Assembly (NCBI RefSeq): GCF_009914755.1 | Contig: NC_060925.1 | Direction: 5' to 3' (one strand) | Origin: the human T2T-CHM13v2.0 reference genome, Homo sapiens | DNA length: 64,000 bases | Shown here: positions 55,998-64,000 of the stretch, one piece after another | Numbering within the stretch: the first letter of the stretch is position 1 | Layout of the letters: every line of letters begins with the position of its first letter | Notes under the pieces: model-generated | What the model was told of the DNA's origin: nothing | Seen by the model: the letters and a program-made list of their open reading frames with translations, nothing else | The model's database searches: none | Made by a program: the position numbers and the translations under genes

Positions 55998-58494
55998 CTG
56001 CAAATACACACATGTGCATAATATAAGAAGTCTCTGTTTACCAAGCAATACCTGACAAGTATTTAAGTGATATTCCTTTGAAGATGTTAAGGTTAAAAAG
56101 ATATTTATGTCACTGCCCTTTGAAACTTTTACAGATCAATCTCTAGTTTGCTAATTCCACATTAATAACAAAAATAATCATAGTTATCTCCATGGACACT
56201 GTAGGACTTAAGTCAAAGTGAATACTTTGGCCAGCCTATTTACTGATCGAACTCATGGCTTTCTCCAGAAGTCCCTTCCCAAGTCAAATTTCTCTCTAGT
56301 TTATAACTCCATAGATATATTATCTCATCAGCCCTAAATTTGATTGTCATCTGCTTCTGATTGCAATTTCCAGAGTATTTGCAATGCCAAAAGGAAGATT
56401 CCTCACTCTCACATCCCACCTGTTATAGCTCCAAGCTCCAGGCTATCTGTTTGGGTTCTCTCTAAAGTTAAATTAATGTCTGTTCTAGAAAATCTCCAAA
56501 TGAGGACTCATCGAAGACTTCCTACTTGTAGGTTCTGTGTCATTCACATATATCAATAGTATCATAGTTCACTCTCAGAATTTTATTGCCTCAGGGAAAA
56601 TCTTCTAAGAAAACCAGGTTCAAAGACCAATCTACTTTGAATTAGGTGACCTTTCAAGGCAAATGTAGCTATCAACCTTAATCCACATGGTATTATTTTA
56701 TTTGTTTGGCAAATATTTTTTCAGAACTTACTGAGACAAATAAGCCCAAGAGAGTGGAGACAGAATAAAGCAGAAAAACTACCGACTCCAAGTTTTTTGT
56801 TATATTTTTAATAACAAAATTTATTTCAATAATTGTTTATTTCAATAGTTCTAAAAAAATAAAATTGGAGCAATTTTAATCATCAAATGACCATTTTCCC
56901 AATGTGTTTTTTCTTTTAACTATTCAGTTTTCACTCTGTCTTGATAGAGTTTTAAAGAATGTTTGATTTATGTTTTCTGCTGCTCCTTGGTGGTTGCTTG
57001 GAGGAAACTGGGACAGAGTGAGGATATGGCTGATAAATAAAACATGGAGAGGAGAATTAGCACACGAAGTAGTCTGAGATAGTGATCTCAGAATCAGGAA
57101 GAAACTCACAAGCAAAGTGTGAGACTTAGGAGCCTAAAAAGAGTATGTGTCTGTGTGTGAGTGTGTGTATGCATATATTTGTGTATATTCATATATTTAC
57201 ATGTTATATTTATATTAAATAATATATTTGAGAAAATAACCAAAATATTACATATAAAAATATTTCTTCATTAGTGTATTCTCAGCTGATGTAGTCTAAG
57301 AAAAATACACTTATAGGCTCTCTCTTTCTACCCATTAGTCTCAGTCTTCCACATACCCCATGAGCTGAGGCCCACAAGAAGATGTGCTCTAGGCAGCCTC
57401 CTGCTCTGACTTTCCCGTAGGGAGAGTTTCTCTACTCTATCTATCCTAAAACAGGCAGCTGGCACAAGTGCAAAGAATTATTCCTCCAAGTGGTGTTATG
57501 AAGACAAAACTAAATCTACTAAAACTTTGCAGAAATCTTTAGACGATTTCCAACACAAATTGTTCTAAAATTTATAATTAGTTACAAGAAATAAGAAAAC
57601 ATGGTAAAATATTCTTTCAGTTAATTGGCCATCCAGGCAACATGATTTATGATCAATTGACCTGGATCCAGGATCTAAAGTTAAACAAAGAGGGAATGGT
57701 AGAAAGATGGACATGTCATTCTTAGAAGAAAGATGAGAAGAATACATGCAAATACAGCAAAGCCATTGTGTGCCTATGCTTTTATTTGGGGAATAGGAAA
57801 GACGAATAGGAAAGTCACTCCTCATAGCATAAATTTTATTTATGAGGTAAGAGATAATGTTGTCAAGGAAGCTGGGCCTGTGTCCCGTTTTTTCTTTACC
57901 TTCAACTATCCCTAACCATGCTCAGTTCTTCCTCTCCTAGCATCCTTTACACCCCACACTGTTAATCTACAGCATGAATTTTTAATGCCCCACAACCTTC
58001 AGGCTCTCTCAGCCCTAAGGTTCCCATTTTGCCTCTGCTTCCAATTTTTCTGCCTCATACAGCCCCTAATGTCTCAGCTTTGAAATACTCCTTGTGGGGA
58101 ACTTTCTGTGCCCCGCTATAGTCCTAGGCATTCTCTTTCTGGGAGAAGCCACCCAGTTTGCAGTACTTTTGCATGGCAGCCGTGGAAAACTGACAGTCTT
58201 CATTTCCTATTTTTGCCAACATAATGAGATATCAAGGAGAAAAAAAGAAATTACCTGCATTTCATGTTATCCAATTTGCTTTCTCAGGATAAAATATTGT
58301 CTAAAATATTTTATATAACCTCTAGGGAAGTGTTTTATCTCAAAGAACCCAGATCATAACAAACAGGGGCTAGCCATTCATAATTTTGAAAGACTTACCA
58401 TAACTGAAAGACAGCAAAACTGATGAACACTGTGATGTTGCTAAAGCCTGAACCATGGCTTTAAATGTCAGGGTGGCTTCATTCTTTTACGTAT

Positions 58495-59220
58495 TGATTC
58501 ATTCACAAGTATTTATTGGAAGCCTATTATGTGCCAGGCACTTTCACGAGTGCCAAAAGTACAATCAGTTAACAACAACAACAAAATACCCTTGCTTTTA
58601 TGGAGCTTGCATTCACGTAGATAAACATAATGAATGAGAAATTCATATAGTATATTAGAATGCAATACATTTTATGAAAAACAGAAGGATTAGAGCAGGT
58701 TGGAGAGCATGGCTAGATTTTAGTGGGGATGTTATGTCCAAGAGAGGCCTCATTGAGAATGTGGCATTGACAGGGGAATGGGAATGAGTCATACGTATAT
58801 CTAGGGGCAAAATGTTCCAGGCAGGCATTAATAAGCACATAGACCTCTAAATCAGTATGCTTGGCATGTTAGAGGAGGTGCAAGGAGCTAGCATCCTGGA
58901 GCAGAATAAAAGGGGGGAGGTTATTAGAAGGTTAGGTCAGACAAGTAGCTGGCTGGGGGAGAGGGGAGGATGGAGGTACAAATTGTTATATATACAAAGT
59001 CTAATAGCCTACTGTAAGAAATTTGATTTCTGGTCTGAGTAAAATGGGAAGCCATTGGAGGGTTTTGAGAAGAGGAGTGATGTGATCTCAGGATTATTCA
59101 AAAGTTCTGAGACTAGAATATAGGAAGATAAGAGTAGAAGCCAAGAGGCCAGTTAGGAGGATATTACAGTCATATGTGTGAAAAATGTTGGCAGTCAGAC
59201 CAGGGTATTAGAAGTGGAGG
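58495..59220 (-). mobile_element. L2 fragment
   Basis: attcattcacaagtatttattg...tatgtgccaggcact...gggaagccattggagggttttgag. Confidence 0.8.
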
Positions 59221-59699
59221 TGTACCTTTCAATGCTGATAAATTAGAATTCACTCCCTATATTTTAATAATAGCTAAAGGGAAGCTCTGCTGCAGGGGGA
59301 TAATGAAATCTATTTTATTATCTATAAAATAAAGGGGCTGGGTTTTATAACCTTTAAAAACCATTTTAGTTTTAAATTTTGGAGCTTGCAATCATATCCA
59401 TTGCTAAAGAATTCATATTTGAAGAAATTCTTCATAAAAAAGAGTTACAGCAAGTTTTCTAAAGACCTAGAGTTAATGTGAATCATCCATCCCAAATAAA
59501 AGAATTATGATTTGAGGTGAGAATACTATCAAATATTTCAAGGACAGCCATAGAAATAAATTTTACTTATTCCTTTGCTACTTGCCAATTTTTTAACAAC
59601 AGATATTCATTGGGATAAACATTCCATAAAAATTCTTCTTTGAAAAATATTCATATGGCAAAGATATGTCTAAATTATATAAATTGATCAAGGAAATAG

Positions 59700-60185
59700 A
59701 CATGACTCATACAAGAAAGACCTCATAGCTGTCTAGTCAGAAAATAGACAGGTGATGACTGGAAAGAAGTTGTTATGCATTACAACTGGGTGGCACAACA
59801 AAATTAGTCAAATGGGAAAACTAAGTAATCCAACATATAAATCAGGGTAAAAACAGATAATAAGGCTAAGTAACAAATGTCACAACAATCAGAAGGAAAG
59901 AAATAAACTCTCATTTGCAGATAGCATAATTATCTACTCAGAAAATTTCCATGACTGTACATAAAAGCTATTAGAAATAACAAGTGAATTAGTTAATTTT
60001 GTTTGATAGAAGTTAAATGAGTAATAATTTAATTTCTATATACTAGTGATTAACCAATGGAAATTAAAACTTTTAAATACTATTTTATTAGCACTGAAAA
60101 TGTGAAATATTAGTTATAAATCTATTAAAGCATGGCAATGTATATAGGTAAAAACTATAAGACATTGAGGAAACGAATAAAAGGA
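59700..60185 (+). mobile_element. Old L1ME ORF2 fragment
   Basis: gaaataaactctcatttgcagatagcataattatctac...gaaaactataagacattg. Confidence 0.6.
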
Positions 60186-63100
60186 CATCAGCAATGGCAG
60201 AGTGAAAACAATGGAAGAGTCTGTCTTCCATAAAAGCAATGGGAACACTGGCAAAGAATATCACATCAACTTATTGAGAACTCTGGAAATAAAGCAAAGA
60301 CTTGCAACAATGTGGACAGTGTTTATTTTTTAAATGACTGAATATTGGTAAGAACAACATGTTCTATGGCATTTTAGCTTTCCTATTCCCGTACTCCTCT
60401 CTGCCACTCTCTGGAAGCCCTGAAAATGAACAGTTTGCAATCAGGGTGAAAACCAGCAGCCTAGTTACTGCTAGAGGATCAGAATGGGAGTGGAGCTGTT
60501 TCAAAGCTCTATCCTCAGATGATTGTCATTATTCGATCTGCCTGGAAGTACCATGGAAAGCCCCACTAGTAAGGCTTGAATTGACTCAGAGTTCATCCAC
60601 TGGAAACAGCATTTACTCTGTTTGTTTAAAACAATTATTTGCTAAAAATAATCACTGGCAACTGCTTAACATTGCAGTTGACCCAGGCAGTAACAACAGT
60701 CAGAAGAAACAACAAACAATCCAAAATACTTAAAAGGAGAAGATGTGAAACATCATGTCCATAAACGCTTTGCAAATCCTTAAAAAATGCCTGCGAATCT
60801 ACAAGATTATGAACATGCAAAAGGCTAAGTATGTGCTCAGGTATATGCGCATGCTAAAGAAAGACCTGAGAAAGTCCTAAGGTCTCACCTCAGCTCGACT
60901 TTGAGGCTCTGCACAAGCAGGAAGTGGGGACTAAAGGAGAGTGTTAAACTGCCTCAGTGTTGATGGCATTCTGCAACATGCGTACAGATCTCTCACCAGA
61001 GACTGGAAAATGTATTGGTTCTAGGCATTTAAGAAATTCTCTGTTCAGTCATTGCCTGACTACTAAGATGAGCAAACAATGACTTCATTTATCACATATG
61101 ACAAAGAAACAGACTTCACAGAATTAGCTCAGGAAAGCCACTAAACAAGCAAACAGTAGTAATAGTGACAAATAGCAGCAACAAAACAACTCTGGAAAGG
61201 GAAATAATCTGATTTCCAGATTTGCTACACTATGTGTTTAAAATGTCTGGTTTTCAACAAAGAATATGGCATATGCAAAGAAACTCCTACAAACAATATA
61301 CAGGGGAAGAAAAATGGGCAATGGAAATGGGTCAATTGTAAGCTCATACATTAAACTTACCAGACAAAGACTTTAAATCAACTATTTTATATATGTTCAA
61401 ATAACTAAAAACAAAACAAAACAAAGTGTCCAAAGAACTAAAGCAAAGTATGACAATGATGCTTTAGACAATATAGAATATGAGAAAAGAAATAGAAAAT
61501 TTTTAGCCAGGCATGGTGGCTCATGCCTGTAATCCCAGCACTTTGGGAGGCTGAGGTGGGAGGATCACGAGCCCAGCAGTTTGAGACCACCCTGGGAAAC
61601 GTAGTGAGACCTCATTTCATCAAAAAAAGAAAAAATAAATAGAAAATAGAAAACTTTCAAATGAAAAATTCACTAGAGGAGCTCACTAGCAGATCTAAAT
61701 GATCAGAAGAAATAATTAATGAACTTGAATACAGGTCAATTGAGATTATTCAGTGTGAGCAATAGAAAGAGAAAGAATGTTGAGAAATTAACAAAGCCCC
61801 AGAAAGCTGTGGGACGCCATCAAGAGTACCAGCATAGGCATAATGGGAGTTTCAGAGAAGAGGTAAAAGGACTGAAAGAATATTTAGAGAAATAATTACC
61901 AAAAACTTCCAAAATTTGATGAAAACTATTAATCTATGCATCCAAGAAGCTCAATGAACTGCAAGTGGGATAAATTCAAATAGATCCACACCCTAGGCAC
62001 ATTAAAAATCAAACTGTTGAAAGACAAAGACAAAGAGAAAATCTTGAAAGCAGCAAGTGAGAAAAGGCCATCTCCTACATGGGATCTTCAATAAGATTAA
62101 CCACAGATTTCTTGTGAAGAAACCATGGCGTCCAGAAGGGAGAAGAATGACATATTTAAAGTCGTAAAAAAAAACTGTACACCAAAAACTATTTTTTCTA
62201 GCAAAACTCTCCTTCAAAAATGCAGGATAAATTGACATTTCCAGATAAAGAAATATTGAGAGGTTTTATCACTATCAGACTTGCTCTACAAGAAATACCA
62301 AAAGAAGTCCTTCTGGCTGATATGATAGGATATTAGAGAGCAATGTAATCTGGATGAAGAAATAAAGAGTACCTGTAAAGGTAATTAAATAGGTAAATAT
62401 TTAAAAAGATTATAAATGTATTTTTACTGTAATTCTTTTTCTCTCTCACATTTGTTTTAAAAGATGACTTTATAAAGCAATAATTATATATCTGTGTTGA
62501 TGGGCATCCAATGTAAAAAATCTCCATAGACAATAACAGCACAAAAGAAAGCAGAGTGAACAAAAACTATATAGGTGCAAAATTTTGCATACTCTTAAAA
62601 TTAAGTTGGTATTAATTTGAATTAGATTTTTATGAATTAAGATGTTAATGATAACATCCTGGGCAACAAACATAGTAGAATAAATGACAAGGGTATTAAA
62701 TTATACACTAGAAGATAACTTTTTAACCCAAAGAAGACAGTGAAAGAATAGAGAAATTTAGAAGACATAAATCATATTTTAAAAAACCAACAGCAAAGTG
62801 ACATTGTAACTACCTTATCAGTCACTGTGCTAAATGTAAATGGCTTAAGCACTTCAATCAAAAAGTAGATATTTACAAAATGGAAAAACAAACAAACATG
62901 ACCCCCTATAGGAGTTCTGCAAGAGACAAACTCTACATTCGAGGAAACAAATAGATTGAATGTTCAAGAATGAAAAGAAAGATACACCACGTAAACAATA
63001 ACCAAAAGAGAGCTTGAGCTCCTATGCTAACATCAGACAAAATAGACTTTAGACAAAATTTTTAGTAGAGACAAGAATATTTTAAGATATCAATCCATCA

Positions 63101-64000
63101 GGAAAATAAAACAATTATAATCATGTATGTGTCTAACAACAGTAAAATGACAAATTTAAAGATTTAAAGAGAAAAATTCACCATTTAACAACAATAGTGG
63201 AGACTTCAATATCCTACTTTCAATCATGGAGAGAGCAACTACACAGAATACAAACAGAAATGGAAGACCTGAATGACTTTATAAACCAATTAGACTTAAT
63301 AGACACCAACAGAACACTCCACCCAACAACAACAGAATACAAACTCTTCTCAAGTGCATATGGTACATTCTCCAGGATAGATTATATGTTAGGCCATAAA
63401 ACAAGTCTCTATAAATTTAAAATAACTGAGATCATGCAAAGTATATTCTTGGATCACAATAGAAAAAATTAGAAATCAATAACAGAAGCAAATTTGTAAA
63501 ATTAACAAATGTGTGAAAATTAACCCATTCCTAATAACTAATGATCAAAGAAGAAATTACAAAAAGATTTAAAAATCCTTTGAGATTAATGGAAGTGAAC
63601 ATGCAACATATCACACTTTATGGGATTTAAGTAGTGTTTAAAGTGATATTTAGAGCTGTAAACACTTATATTTAAAGAGAAATTTATTAAATCAATAACC
63701 TAATCTTCTACCTTAAGAAACTAGAAAAAGAAAAACAAACTCAACCTAAAGCTAGCAGAAGAAAGGAAATTATAAAGATTTGAGCAGACAAATAAAATAG
63801 AGAATAGAAAAACAACAAGAAAAACAACAAAAGTTGATTGTTAGAAATTATTAACAAATTTGACAAACATTCAACTAGACTAGCCAAGAAAAGAGATGAC
63901 TCTAATGATTAAAATCAGGAATTAAAAAAGGGAAATTACAACTGACTTTGCAGTCACAAAAAAGGATCATAAGGGATACTATGAACAACTGTATGCCAAA
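60185..64000 (+). mobile_element. L1MC/MD-type LINE: 5'UTR, ORF1 and ORF2 EN region, running off the window (antisense to USH2A)
   Basis: ORF 63197..63472 DLIDTNRTLHPTTTEYKLFSSAYGTFSRIDYMLGHK; degenerate ORF1 at ~61300-62330; aatgtaaatggcttaa at ~62833. Confidence 0.87.
61505..61645 (+). mobile_element. FLAM/Alu left monomer inside L1 ORF1
   Basis: Single Alu arm with A tail; aaatagaaaa flanks. Confidence 0.85.

Overview
Human (primate) genomic DNA, AT-rich and CpG-poor, lying entirely inside USH2A (usherin) on the minus strand. Seven coding exons are recoverable with canonical GT-AG boundaries and one continuous reading frame; by standard numbering they are exons 5-11: 55934-55997, 53648-53942, 52511-52695, 51817-52038, 50228-50321, 20522-20717, 17627-17757. 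They encode the end of the LamG-like domain, the laminin N-terminal domain and the first laminin EGF repeats. The rest is intron packed with Alu, L1, L2/MIR, MaLR LTR elements and DNA-transposon fossils. Nearly all ORFs in the track are repeat-derived or spurious. I find no evidence of a new multi-gene biological system. The best second-look items are: latent pseudoexons or microexons; an inverted Alu pair around the in-frame exon 10-11 block; a TSD-bounded half-L1 with a CpG-richer extra leader; an L1 with a twin-priming inversion plus a double fold-back template switch; and a THE1 element with discordant LTRs. Repeat subfamily names, exon numbers and c. positions rest on recalled consensus or reference knowledge and need RepeatMasker/RefSeq confirmation. 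Boundaries of old repeats are approximate.
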